Assembly (NCBI GenBank): GCA_043228905.1
Contig: JBHGNT010000001.1
Location: forward strand, 13,330,001-13,394,000
Length of the DNA: 64,000 nucleotides
Source of the DNA: Azolla caroliniana
Lineage: Eukaryota; Plantae; Polypodiophyta
Reading direction: 5' to 3'
The notes below the pieces were generated by a model, which had not been told where the DNA came from, ran no database searches, and saw only the letters and a list, made by a program, of their open reading frames with translations. Of the stretch, positions 39,801 through 52,699 are shown piece by piece (position 1 is the stretch's first letter; each line of letters opens with the position of its first letter). Both the position numbers and the translations under genes were made by a program.

Positions 39801-41706
39801 GCGGACCGTAATTGTGATTGCCGTGGCAAAAGGATGGCACCTCCATCAAATGGACGTCAAGAATGCCTTTCTACAAGGCGAATTAGAAGAGGAGGTGTAC
39901 ATGATACAACCACCCGGCTACAACTCGAGCACCTATCCGAAAGCTGTATGCCGACTCAAGAAGCCACTCTATGGCCTCAAGCAAGCACCGCGTGCTTGGC
40001 ATTCGAAGATAACGCAATATCTTCATCAAATCGGCTTCCGTATGTCAAAATCGGACAACTCCCTCTACATACGAAGCGATTCCGCAAGTCTGCTCGTCAT
40101 CATCTTATATGTGGATGACCTAGTCATTGGAGGTGAGCATCTCGTCAAAATCAATAAGGTCAAATCCCTCCTTTCCGACAAGTTCGAGATGACGGACATG
40201 AAGGAGCTCCACTGCTTCCTCGGCATCGAGGTAATTCGGACTCCGGCAGGAATCATGATCTCTCAACGGCACTACATCGTCAATTTGTTATACAAGTTCG
40301 GGATGGTTGAGTGCAAATCCACGGCAACCCCACTTGATCGCAATCTCAAACTAGATGCGAACTCCGGCACCAAAGCATGTGAGCAGACTCAGTATCGGCA
40401 ACTCATCGGGAGTCTCATCTATCTCACGATCACTCGACCCGATCTCAGTTATCCGGTCGGTCTTCTTAGCCATTTCATGCAAACACCGCGTGATACTCAC
40501 TTGGATTGCGCTAAGTGAGTTCTACGATACGTGAGCGGCACAATGGATTGCGGCATCCTCTACAAGACCGCGATGCCAATACGACTAGAGGAGTACACCG
40601 ACGCCAATTGGGCCGTCTACAAAGCCGATAGAAGATCAACCTCCGGATTTGTTTTCTCCCTCGGCAGCGGAACAATATCCTGAAGTAGCAAGAAGCAGCC
40701 TACCGTCGCTTTTTCGAGTACGGAGGCGGAATACAATGGTGCAGCCGTAGCTGCGTGTGAAGCCGTATGGCTCAAGAGGATTTTGAAGGATCTGGGCGTA
40801 CCCATCTAGGATCTGACTTCCCTTTACTGCGACAACATGAGCAGTATTTATCTGGCTCGGAACCCGGTGTTCCACGCACGGACAACGCACATCGAAGTGC
40901 ACTATCACTTCATCCGAGAGCGCGTTCTAGCTGGCGATGTCGACCTACAACATATTAGCACCAATCTTCGAACGACCGACATCTTCACTAAAGCTTTAGG
41001 AGCCGACAAGCTATGGCAATTCATCACCAATCTCGGATTGACGATCCCTGACCTGCCAAGCTTGAGGGGGAGTACGCAAGACACTACGCAATAACGCGTG
41101 GATTCCGCGAACCACACATCAAACCCGCGGAGAGCTGATCTACCGCGCAAAGCCGCGAAGAAAGACGCAAGCCGAAGCATAGACTTTGCAACTACGCACA
41201 ATGCAAGTTGGAGCACGGATTTTGCAACTCCGCATAAAGCGAGTCGACGCGGACTTCGGAACACGAGTCGAAACAGATTTCGGATACCGTCTGAAACCGA
41301 CCCGACTTGAGCTTGAGGGGGCGTGTTGAGAATCAAGCTCAACTTCGTTTAGTGTGTGAACTCACCTTGAGAGTGAATAGACACTCCAACGGTCAAGAGT
41401 CACCATTAAGTCACCTCTTTGTATTCTAGCATTTAGTATGAGTCATAGAATCATATTCTATGACACATAACTTATGAGCTTTCACATTCCCCATGCTCCA
41501 TGAGCCTTGTAGTTAATGAAGAGAGAGGGTGACTACATAAAGCACCCTCCTCCCACCTTGTATAATGTTGAGTCTTTCTCCCTCGTCAATATACTTTTAC
41601 CTTGCGTATTCTCTGTGTTTCACTCTTTCTCTCACTCTCTCTCTTACACACACACATAACTCACATCTCTTCCGCTTCACAAGAATCCGTCTCTTGATTC
41701 TTTACA
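36808..41706 (+). mobile_element. Ty1/copia retrotransposon lacking its 5' LTR (gag, PR, INT, RT, RH with stops; 3' LTR 41324-41706)
   Basis: Zn knuckle CGYCGKLGHHEEEC, WFVDSGA, WHKRIGH/CEAC, VHSDVWGP, YGLKQAPRAW, YVDD; PPT TTGAGGGGGCG then TGTTGAG...TTTACA. Confidence 0.93.
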
Positions 41707-44700
41707 GTACTTGGCAAGTTTCGCATGTGGACACGAAATGGAGTACATCTTTGTACATGCTTGGCCACTAGTACTTCTCCTTCAACTTTTCGAATGTCGC
41801 CCATGTTCCTCTATGACCTGCCCAAAGACTCTCGTGGAATTCGGTCATCAACGTCACTTTCTCTTCTTTCTTTACCACCACTCGACGTGGCATTCCTGTC
41901 CTTCTTTTTAGGTGTCGCCAAAGGAATCCTCCCCTCAAGAAGTATTGGTAAGCTTTCTTCCGGATTCGAAGAGTCTCCTTCTTTGTCAATGAAGCATCCG
42001 TTGTCATTTTTCTTAAGAATCAGCCGATCAGCAACCACTCTCCTTCGTACTCATCCTCATTGAAGGTGTGGAGGGTTAGTGTGCCCTTGTCTTTTGCCGA
42101 TAGTCGAGCCATCTTGAAGAAGTCGAGGGTGACGTCTTCATCTTCCGAAACCATGTCACCTTCATTCTCAAATCTTTTCCCTCGACAACATGTTAGCCAT
42201 GGTGTTCTTCTTCCCTGCAATGTGGCCGATCTCCGGGCTTAAAGACTTAATATAGGAAATCCACCTTAGCATAGCTAGATCTTGGGTCACACATCCTGAG
42301 ATCGTCCTGAGGATTAGGAGACAATCTGTCTCAATTATCACTTCCGACCCGATTAGGTAGTCTTTCTCTGTCTTCACTGTCGACACAATGCCCGAAAGTT
42401 CCCGCTTGACTTGGGCGTATCCTCGTTGTCGTTCGCTGAGAACCTTTGCTCCAAACCGGATGGCATACCGCGCATTATCTTCTCCTTCTTGGTTGATGAC
42501 CCACCTGATTCCGGTTGGGCTCGTATCTACAGTCACATAAATTGGCTTCCCTTCGGTATAGTCGGCCTTTCTTAGTGCTGGAGCTTCGAGAAGTAGTTTC
42601 TTCAATCTTCGCATCGCGTTTGTGTGCTTGTCTCGCCATTTGAACTTCATTCTTTTCTTTAGTAATTCATATAAAGGCTTGACGATATGAGTGTAGTGTG
42701 GAATCCAGATATGATAAAACGCGCATGCTCCAAGGAACCTTTGAACCTCTACTTGGTTTACGCATTCTTCTTTCATATCCTGGATCGCGTTCACCTTCGA
42801 TGGTGAAGGCTTCCGGCCGTATGGTCCGCACAAGTCACCTACCACCAAGATCTCTGGTTGCTCGAATGCGGATTTTTCTCCTGAAAATGTCAAATTCGCA
42901 TCTTCGAGCCTTTGGAGTACCTTCTCACAATCTTTCATATGATCTGCGACGAACTTTCTACACTCTTCCTTATCGTTTGATTCATCTTTCTCCTCATCCG
43001 AACATCCTTTTATCGGAATATCATCCAAGAATGGCATCGTGATGTCCGGGATGCAATCCTTCAAGAACTTGTTCATGGCATTCACCATATGAGCCACCGA
43101 ATTCGTTGCACCTTGAGGCAAGGTACACATCCGCACGAGCCCGATCGGAGTCCTCATGGTTGTAATGTCACGACTATCGATCGCCAACTGGAATTGGTCG
43201 TATCCAGAGTAGAGATCACCAATGGAGTAGATGAACCGCCCCGCAAACGCTTTGGTAAATTCGTCCACGCTTGGACCGATTCCAACATTCCAAATTGTCA
43301 CCTTGTTGACGGGTTGAAGATCTTGGATGAATCGCAAAGATCCATTCTTATTCGGCACCGTGAACCACCTATTAGAATAAGGAGCATTCGACGGTTCCAA
43401 AATTCCCATATTCACCTTCTTCTTTAAGAGCTCGATCAGCTTCGGTAGGTGTGCTCTTGGAACCGGTATCAGTTTCAAATTCCAAGGCACATGCGGCACC
43501 GTGAAGATCACCATTGGCTCTATCGTCCTTGGATCAACACATCCAATTTCTTGTGGGAAAAATGTGGAAGCCTTCCCATGTCTCTCAAGCATGTCGCGAA
43601 ACATTCGCTCCTCTTCAGGGAGGAGGAAATCCTCCCTTCCGTCTTAAGCTTTCCTTTCTTCTCTTCGGTGAAGACATGACCTATTGCCTTTGGATCTCTT
43701 AAGCTTGGATCATTAGCGACTTCCTTCATCTTTTGCCAGCTATCTTCCGGTAGTGGAACCGCAACTAGCTTGATCTTCCTATCCACCGTTTTATATTTTG
43801 TGTTGATGTTAGCTTCCTTCATCAAGATGTGTCAATGATATTCATCGATGATAGTGTACATGTTGACAGAGTTAACCGAAATCACATGTTGATCGTGAAG
43901 ATAGCTCAAGTCCACAACGTCCTCGATTTTGCCGATGGTGTCGTTAAATGAGGCTTCTTCCATAATATGAGTCACGAACTCTTCTTCTTCTATTATGTTT
44001 TCTTCTTTTAGCATCTTCTCAAAGACTTGTATCCGACGCTTTTCCTTCTTGTCGGGTAGTACTAGTTTACATGAGCCACTAGGTGTGACACATGTTGCTT
44101 CTCCTCGCAATCCACGAGCTCTACCTTCTTTTGGGGACTTGTGATCGCTCAGACTATTTGTGCCCCATGCTTCAATAGTCTGCTCTAAAATTCCGAGGAT
44201 TCACCTCCAAGACTATCTCGATTTCTTTCATGATTAGCTCGCACCATTAGGAATTGAACATATCTTTGATTGTCAAGACTCTTGATTCGCGTGAGGCTGC
44301 TCCATTATCGAACACCTTGGTCTCCATCCGGGATGATGTGATATACAGTTGACGTAGGATGACTGGATGCAAAGCCGATTCTTGTACAAAGAAGTGTTGA
44401 TCCATCTCCACATCCCCGAACGTGACTTTAACATTTGGACAAGCTCCGTACAAGTCTTATGTCGCCTTTGTTGCCGCTCGAATCTTCCATCCGTGGTTTG
44501 TATTAATTGGCCATCTTCCTTTTTTGTAGAAGTCAGTCGACATGAGGTTGATCTCCGAGCCATGGGTCGATCAAGGCTACCACGGTCTCTTTCTTCTCCC
44601 TGATCTTCACCGGCGTCTCCATTGTCGCTTGTACCCAATGAGGTCGAGTATAGTGGCTGTCCACCAAATCTTCATCGACTTCATCCCTTGCCATCGTTAT

Positions 44701-45049
44701 GGCATTTGTTTTTGCTTTTAATGACTTGTCTTCTTCCTTGTCTGACTGTTGCCTTTTTCTCGTCACAAGGTCCACGATCGTATCATGGAACTCCTTCTTC
44801 ATAATGCCGAGAAATTCCCTCAAGGACAAGGTCACATGGCTATCGAGAACACGTTCCTCGAGAATCTTCTTCAGATCTGTCGTCTGCTCTATGTCCGACC
44901 TTAGCTTATAGGTAGGCATAGTTCTTGTCTTCCGAGCGAGGTCTTCAACACCAACCTTCACGGGTCGAACCGTTTCTTCGACTCGTTTGCTCGACTCCCC
45001 TTTTCGGCTTGAGTCTCCTTCCTCCGTTTGTAACTCTCGATTCGATTCT
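41707..45049 (-). pseudogene. Gypsy pol remnant (protease, RT, RNase H, integrase Zn-binding start)
   Basis: ORFs 45054-44533, 43604-42168 (LPQGATNS, PFLDDIPIKG, VTVDTS, ETDC) and 42007-41768 (HESLWAGHRG). Confidence 0.88.
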
Positions 45050-45376
45050 AACACCGGGTCATTTGAAACAGGTAATATGTCGCATTATGAGAACACTACG
45101 TCGAAAAAGGGCACAAAAGCACGCAGTTTTCAAAAAGACACGACGCATGCGTAAAGCTTTTCAGAAAAGGTGGCAAAATATATTGAATTTCAACATGACT
45201 ACCACTTTGAGTCATAAGTAAAATGCCTCCAAAAATATATCACCAAAATTACAAAATAATGTACAACATGTCTACCAGTTACAATTATTCATATTCGTGA
45301 GTTTACATCCAAAACAAATTTACAAAGTTTCCGATCATGTAGTAAAACAATCCCCAGCTTGAACCACACCAATATA

Positions 45377-48049
45377 TTAAGACATGTCTGATGGACTAGA
45401 AGAGCATTCTGACGTCTCATCCTCATCATCAGTGGCAATCAAAGCATTATCCTCATCCAATTCCAACCCAACATCTTTGTGGTTATGAGAATTGCTTCTG
45501 GTTATTCTCTATATTTCGTTTGACACCATGTTTGGGATTTTCTCCTTTATTATCTTGATAGTTGCTTGTCTTAGATGACCTGATTTTGTCAATGAGAAGT
45601 CATATACTAGTATGTCAACACGGTGTAGTGCGAGACTAGCCGTGCTCGGTATATTCTTTCTTCTTCTCTTTCTGCTTGAACATCCGACATCCTTAACCAT
45701 CTCTAAAGAATACTTTCCTGTAAATGCATCAGTTGAATTTGTCTGATACCAATGGACTACTATTGACTTTGTCTGACTACTTTCTTCATCCCTTACTAAT
45801 TCAATCATTTTTGCAATCCAAAATGGATGGCCCAAGGTATCGTCCCCTGCTAATGTTGCAACCAACATTCCCACTTGTAGTTCTTGCAAATTACCTTGCC
45901 ATCTTGCCTCAACAGTACGTGACTTTCTTGGTCCCACATAAATATCTCTTTGCAGTGGCCGAACTAAATCATGAAGCTCCATATTATTCGATTATTGGTG
46001 ATGAGTCTGGGATATCGTTGATGTCATCACAATGTTCCATGTGAATGGGATACGGATTGGCCATAAACCGGCGATGTAATTATCTAAAATGGTGCGTTGA
46101 TGGGTGAAGAAAATCTCCCACCATTCAACATCCTCATCACCGGCATACTTCTTAGTCCGATCAATATTATTTTGTTTCTCTGCTAGACATCTCAACCAAT
46201 ATGCCCTTTGTTCATCAATAGTACTATTTGGTGCTACATTTTTACGATCATCATATGGCATTTGTTGTGCACCATGTAGAGGTTCATCTGGGATATGAAG
46301 AAGGAGCCTACAACCTTCTTGGGGCTCCCATTGTGCACTAGATAAGTATTGTTTCGCAAACAACACCGTCATCTTCAGGTGGGCCGATCTTTGTTTTATG
46401 AGGAAGACATGGTTGAAACTTATATTATTAAGAGGTGCAAGCACCCTACCTTTAGTCCCGTCACTATCCATCCAGAAACGTTTAAAGTCGTATACTTCTT
46501 CCAAGTGTTGTACTTTAGGCTTTGGTGTATATGCTTCACTAATCAATTTGGATAGCGTGGGAAGTGTGAAAGCATTACAGCGAGCAAGTTTCTTTGAGAA
46601 CCTACTGAACATTTGATCTATGTGATCATGGGTATGACCAACCAACAAGAAGTTAACCTTTATCTTTTTAAATATGCCCCTCTCTACTAGCATGCTTAGA
46701 TAGCCGAAGACAGTTGAGTTCTTATTCTCTCTTGCTGTGTTGTCTAGTTGCACATATAGAACTGGCGGGAGTATACCTGACCATGATTGCAATACCCTGT
46801 GCATGACAGTGACAGTAAGATTAGGGTTGTTGTGGATATTGGGATAAGTTAAGAACACTTGCGGTCTTATAGTTTGGCAGTATGTCAAACAACCCACTAG
46901 ATGCATTTGCACGAGACACTCATCTCCAATATCCTTGGGGAGTCTTTGAAAATGCGGCAAACAAGTTTTCTTTTGATCCATGCCGTCAATAATCATGCAC
47001 ATATACTTTTCGGGAGATTGAAACGCTTTTTGTCGGTGATGCATAGCCTTAGTACGTTCCAATGCCTGACTTTCACGATGTTCTTTTAACAGGTTCTTGT
47101 AATTCTTGATCTCTACATCTGATTTTCTACCCTTGGCCATACTTTTTAAACTCGCACATATTGAGCAGACTCCCATTTGCACCTTTCGTGGGATAACCAC
47201 GTTATTAAATTGTAACCTCCATAGTCGATTAAAATGCCTGTACTGTATGTAAGGCTCAACATCGGAAGACATGTCGTCCTTGTACGATTGGTAAACTTCC
47301 CTTCGAGTAAAGTTATCTGACAAATGAAGTCTTCCTGTCGTTGGCATAACTTCGCATTGTTTTGAAAAATATACCTCCATCCACCTAATTGCATGTTGTC
47401 CAATTTGACCCTTACATCCAGAACCATTTTGATCGAACTGTACCTAGGAGCCCTTCACAAGTCGCTCTTGAACTCGTTGCAGCCGCATATTTCCAATGCT
47501 ATGAGTGATTTTAAAAGCTGCTCGACAACACTTGGTATATAGTCCAAGGAAATATTCAACTTGCGTTGAATTAGGCCGTGCTTTGTGATCCAATTTAAGT
47601 TGCATATGCGCAAGAAGAAATGTATCTTGCTCTTCCCCATTAAGCGACAAGTATTTTTGTCGTGTTTCACGTAACCTTGACTTTCCATAAGTTGATAGAC
47701 AGAGATTCGCACAACACGATTTGTTCAAGTCGCATAGAAGTTGACGATCAGAACATAAGAAATTAAATCTCTTTTCACTAACTTGTCGAGGAACTCTTTT
47801 AAATGCTAGAGGTTTAGTAATGCTATTGTTATCTATCGACGAAGAATCGTCCGCTTGTAAGCTTGCATGAAGAGGGCCATCAACATGATCAATTGAAAAC
47901 AGAGAATTCGAAGTACTAGGAGCCACACTTTTCTGTTTAAGCCGCGAATGTTTTTTGTGGTCGTACTCTTCTATTGAGAAATACGAGTTATCTGACAATG
48001 AAAAGGGGGCAATAGAAAAAAGAGATGTTCTACTTGTAGAAGAAGACAT
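45377..48049 (-). pseudogene. Intronless ~890-aa Sola-like DDD transposase with three in-frame stops
   Basis: ORFs 48049-47444, 47380-45992, 45982-45509 and a tail to 45377 share one frame. CC/CxxC motifs, IIDGMDQKK, VQLDNTARENKN, LVGHTHDHIDQMF; the 4-bp TSD fits Sola. Confidence 0.86.
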
Positions 48050-48346
48050 TTGAGGGAGTCTAACTGTATTCTAAAACCTTCTTTTGAGAAAATTAAGGAA
48101 TGCTGAAGCCTAACTATATAACTACCCGAACACTTAGATTAACTATATTATTTTCCGAAATTTTCCTAAAAAACAAATAATTAAAAATTACTTTTTATTT
48201 TAAAAAAAATGCTAAAGTCTTCTATATAAGGAGGTTAGAAATTTCATTTTCATTATCACGTGAAAGAATCCATCGAGCTCAGAGCACAGGCCAATTTTCG
48301 AGCACTCAGAAGCACATCGTGGACAGCACTACCTCCGGCACGAACC

Positions 48347-51300
48347 ATGAACAAGGGAAAGAAAATCGTCAGGTTAGTAATATTCATTACATTTTTTAAG
48401 ATTCCTAAAGATTCCTTAAAGATTCCTTTCCTCAACACATAGAAATTTTATTTTATTTTGTACAACGAACTTGGAAAGCAATTCTGAAAGCCAGGACCTT
48501 TAACCAAAATCCGATGCAGTGCATCGGATTTGCGTTGAAAGGTCCTGCCTTTCAACCGAAATCCGATGCAGTGCATCGGATTTTGGTTGAAAAAAATGTT
48601 GTTTTTGCGATAAAAAACTATCGCATGGGACCATAAAATTGACGTAATTTAAATGATAATTTGCGTGATTTAGATGAAATTGTACGTTGTTTCTATGTTT
48701 TCACCAACGTTTTTAATTTCAGTGAACCCAGACAAAAAGTTCCTTCATTTAGATTGAAGATTCGATCTCCGACAAAACGAGATTCTGGCTCCTTCATGAA
48801 GGACACAAGTAAAAAGAATTTATTTGACTCAACGGGGGAAGGAGGATCCAAGTCATCTGTGGCTACTACCAAAATCAACAAAGGTAGTACGCAAGAGGAG
48901 AAAACGGTTGAGGTGAAATATAAGGATTACCCCGAACTTGGATGGTGTCTCTCTTATGTCGAGGAGGATGGGGTGCTGTTATTGATAACGGCAAAATCGG
49001 ACGGGGAAGGGAAACTTCAGCTTGGAAAAACATTTAATTACGGGCATGTAACCAAGCTAGAGTACGAAGACATTGATTCTACATGTATTTTAATCGACGT
49101 CTCGAGCTCAGTTGGCGACAGGCGATTGCGACTTGATGAGGGAAACCTAGTACCCGAATCTTGCAATCCCAAGGCTTTGCGTAAAGACCTGCAAACGAAA
49201 AATAACTTGTTGGTAGCTCTTCGGCCGTACGTGATAGGAGAGATGATGACCGGTGAAGCAGAAACTCCACCGAAAAAGTCTAGGAAGACAAATCCTGTTC
49301 AAAAGAAATATACTAAACGACCACGACCCGAAGAAGAAGAAGAAGAAATATTAGAGTTCGTGGAAGAAGAAGACGACCAACAAGTCGACGTCGTGGCTCC
49401 AGGCGGACAACTATCTTCTGGTGTCCTGACGTCAGAACAAAATAAAATAAGAGAAAATATTGTGAAGACTAAACTTGTGCGTAGGGGCCAGCTATTTCAT
49501 TTGCCCATTACTTCTATCCAAAGGCCCCCCATTGACCCCGTGACTGGAAGACGTCCCTTGGAAATTAGGGAGCCGCACTCCGTCCATGTCCAAAACCTGA
49601 AAAGCAAAATGAAAATCAATCCTCACGCTACTGTGGTGCCATTTTTGGTAATGGTTGATCAAGAACAATGCCCAACAATAGCAGATTTCAAGTATAGCTC
49701 TGCAGACGATTACACATACTATGTAATCGGAGGATCACATTCGGCCGAAGCTCGACGACAGCTTGTCAAAGAATATCCTCTCACGCCGTTCTTCAAATAC
49801 GCCGAATGTAAGGTATATGCAGGACTAACTCACGAGGAGGCGAAGCTGCTCGCATGGGACCATAACAATGACAACGGTTATAGGCAAAAGATGTCATGTA
49901 TAGAGAGGATACGATTTTTTCATCATGAATACCTCGATGCCTTGAATCGTTTTGGTCCAAGATTGTGGCCTGGATTGCGACGTTAGTGTTTATTGGAAGT
50001 AGGGATTGCAGTGGATGAGAGTACGAAATCCGAAGGTCTCCGAAAATATGATTCTTGGTTTCAACTAGCTTTTCGAACCGGAGAGGTGTGGGATCTCCAA
50101 GACAAAATATTCTCTATGTGGGAGCGGAAAGAAGTCAAGGGGCAAAGATCAAAAAAGGGAAGAATTGATCCACAAGTTGAGATGAAATCAAAGACCAAGG
50201 GGAAAAGCGACTTGGTAATCGAGGAGTTACCAGAGGACATGAAACTTTTACCTTGGAGATCATTACAAGGTATCAAAGATGATAGATTGTTAATATCCGT
50301 GCTATCTCGAGTGGTCGCCAAGGAATTTAGTTTGGACGAGATGGTAACAGACTTGCAAAAGTAAGTGTTTATAGTATACCTTTTCATGAAAGTCTTCAAT
50401 TATTTTGAATATCTTATTTCTAATTTCATATTGATTGTGCAGTCACAAGGTATACATGAAGATTCAGGAGTTGATGATGCAAAAACTGAGTTTACCGACA
50501 TGGGAAGAAGTTGAACAAGCTTGCCCGATAACTTCTTCCTACAAGGCATTGGAGGAATATTTTATTGTATTTAGAGAATGGGTATGTGTCTTTTGAATGT
50601 TGATATGTTAGAAAGTAATGTTCCCTGCTAACAACAATGACACTTGCAGAAACCATCAAAATCGAAAAAGAACAACGACAATAATGACGGTATTCCAGCG
50701 GCCTTCATCACGCACTTAGAACGTGCGAAATATGAGAAGAGAATGACCAAAGGGAAGGAAATGGAACTGCCCGAGGATTCGGAGACTGTAAAGAGTTTTT
50801 TGCATAGGTCCGATCCTTTCAAACAGCTTCATTATAGTGTTTTCAATGACGAAGTATCCCAGATGCTCGAACTGTTACCGAGAAGGCACTACACTTTGCT
50901 GATAGCTGACATACCATATGGTTTCCGTATTGCGGGATCAACATATGATGATGTGCCTTTCAAGTACCCTCAGATCGAGAAAATGGTAAAGGATTTCGCA
51001 GAACTGACATTGGCCCCCTTGTGGAGGATAGTCATATTTCATAGCATGGGGCAATCACTGTCAGTCACAACAGCTTTGAAGTCCCGTTGTCATGCCATTG
51101 AACACATGCATTGGTGCGTTATAGTTCACTTTTACTCATTACAGTACTTCTTATTATATGTACACATTTACACCTCTAATACTTGATTTTCTTTCTCTAT
51201 AGGATCAAAACAAATATTACACGTAGCCCTGGCGATCGAATGGTTAGTGCGGTCGAACATTTTTGTGTGGGCTACTATGATTCAATTACAAAGAAGAAGG

Positions 51301-51932
51301 CTAGAGCACATGTCAATGAGCGTAACGTGGTTAACTACATCATGTGCCCAACTGTAACCAAAAAATTAAGACATGTGTCAGGGGATAAAAGTATGGTGAA
51401 CCCTTATCAAAAACCTCAAAGATTGATCAACCGCCTCATAGAGCTCTTCTCGAATCCAGATGATTGGATCCTAGACTTGTTCTCTGGCACAGGTATAATA
51501 TATATACTTAATTTCAATCTTGTCTATCAAGTTTAAGACGTTACTTCTTATATATACTTGTTTGTGTTCATGCGACCATTAGGTACAACGACAGCTTGTG
51601 CATTGAAGATGTTTAGAAACTGTGTTGCATTGGAGAAGGACCCTGCTCAAGTTAACTTCATCAAAATGAGGATCACAGGAATCTGGGACTGTCCAGATCA
51701 GGATCAAGAAGTCGGAGCAAAACACATGAACGAGACAGAGATGTTCCAGATGACTTCACGAGAACCAATGGAACCAATTGATGAAGAAGCAGGGGAGCTG
51801 GTGGACCTGGAAGATGTAGCACAGTTTGACCATACATCAGATTCGGGAGAGCTTGGAGATGACACGAATGAAAACAGTCTAGAACAATCAGCGCCAGAGG
51901 AGCCTGCTCTGCCTGATTTGCTTATAGATTGA
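48347..51932 (+). CDS. Six-exon gene: ParB/Srx-like domain fused to a beta-class N6-adenine/N4-cytosine DNA methyltransferase (~968 aa; one premature TAG at 49984-49986 in this copy)
   Basis: GT-AG exons 48347-48372, 48723-50360, 50443-50581, 50650-51113, 51203-51492, 51583-51932 are phase-compatible (2907 nt). ParB-like YYVIGGSHSAEARRQL...EEAKLLAWDHN. MTase motif IV LLIADIPYG, WIKTN, NPYQKPQRLINRLIELFSNPDD, motif I ILDLFSGTGTT, VALEKDP. Confidence 0.85.
48486..48592. repeat. Two 25-bp palindromes AAATCCGATGCA-G-TGCATCGGATTT at a 52-bp period, with extended inverted arms, in intron 1 of the MTase gene
   Basis: Cores at 48507-48531 and 48559-48583. Confidence 0.9.
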
Positions 51933-52699
51933 TGTAGATGGCGTAATGTAAAAATTGAGGATTTTGAGGCATAATGTTCACCATCACTTCATATTATATT
52001 TGTATATGAGAACATCTGTAATTGTTTATCGTTTAATTAAATTCACCTGTTCATAATTTCCCTTTTTAATCATTATTGGAACCGTTGTTTGTATTTACAT
52101 ATAATTGGTCACCATGCTCTTCTTCAGTTTGAGATATTAACATGATATTGTAATTTCTCATTTCCGTTAGCATGACTGTATATGAAAAGGCGAATGTTTT
52201 TGATAATAAGAGGTTTTTAGTTACCTACGGTTCAAGTCTACTGGTTCCACATAGTATAAATGAATGTCGTACGTAATTGTTACTCTTACCAATTACATTG
52301 TCATGAACTATATGACATTATACAATGAAACTATCGATATACCCGTCCAACAAGTGGGGTACTACTTTATTCCTAAACCCAAAACCACATATTTATAATT
52401 ACGGTTTATGTAGTTTTACTCTACAATTTGAATATGGATACCAATTTTAGAACTTTATATTGAACCAAGTCTTCAATTGTGCTCCATGATATGCAAATTG
52501 ACACGAATGTGGACACATATACAATTTAGTAATTGCTAGGTTTTTTTTGTTCTATATTTAACCATCAAGTCGCAAAAGGGGTACGCATGCATCGTATATT
52601 TTCGATATCCGGCTAAAATAGGGTACTTTTCTACATCTGGCCAACTATGCCAAAAGAGAATACGACATATTACCTGTTTCAAATGACCCAGTGTTTTCT

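Larger units (their letters stand above)
45050..52695. mobile_element. Complete Sola-like DNA transposon (family 2, 7646 bp) carrying a transposase and a ParB-like/DNA-methyltransferase gene
   Basis: 37-bp TIRs AACACYGGGTCATTTGAAACAGGTAATATGTCGYATT (45050-45086; 52659-52695). 4-bp TSD TTCT (45046-45049; 52696-52699). Removing it rejoins the host gypsy reading frame (...KEDA|ESNRELQ...). Confidence 0.93.

Noticed and set aside
48347-51932. Bacterial contamination as the source of the methyltransferase
   Set aside because: The gene has five phase-consistent GT-AG introns and lies within TIRs/TSD nested in a plant retroelement.
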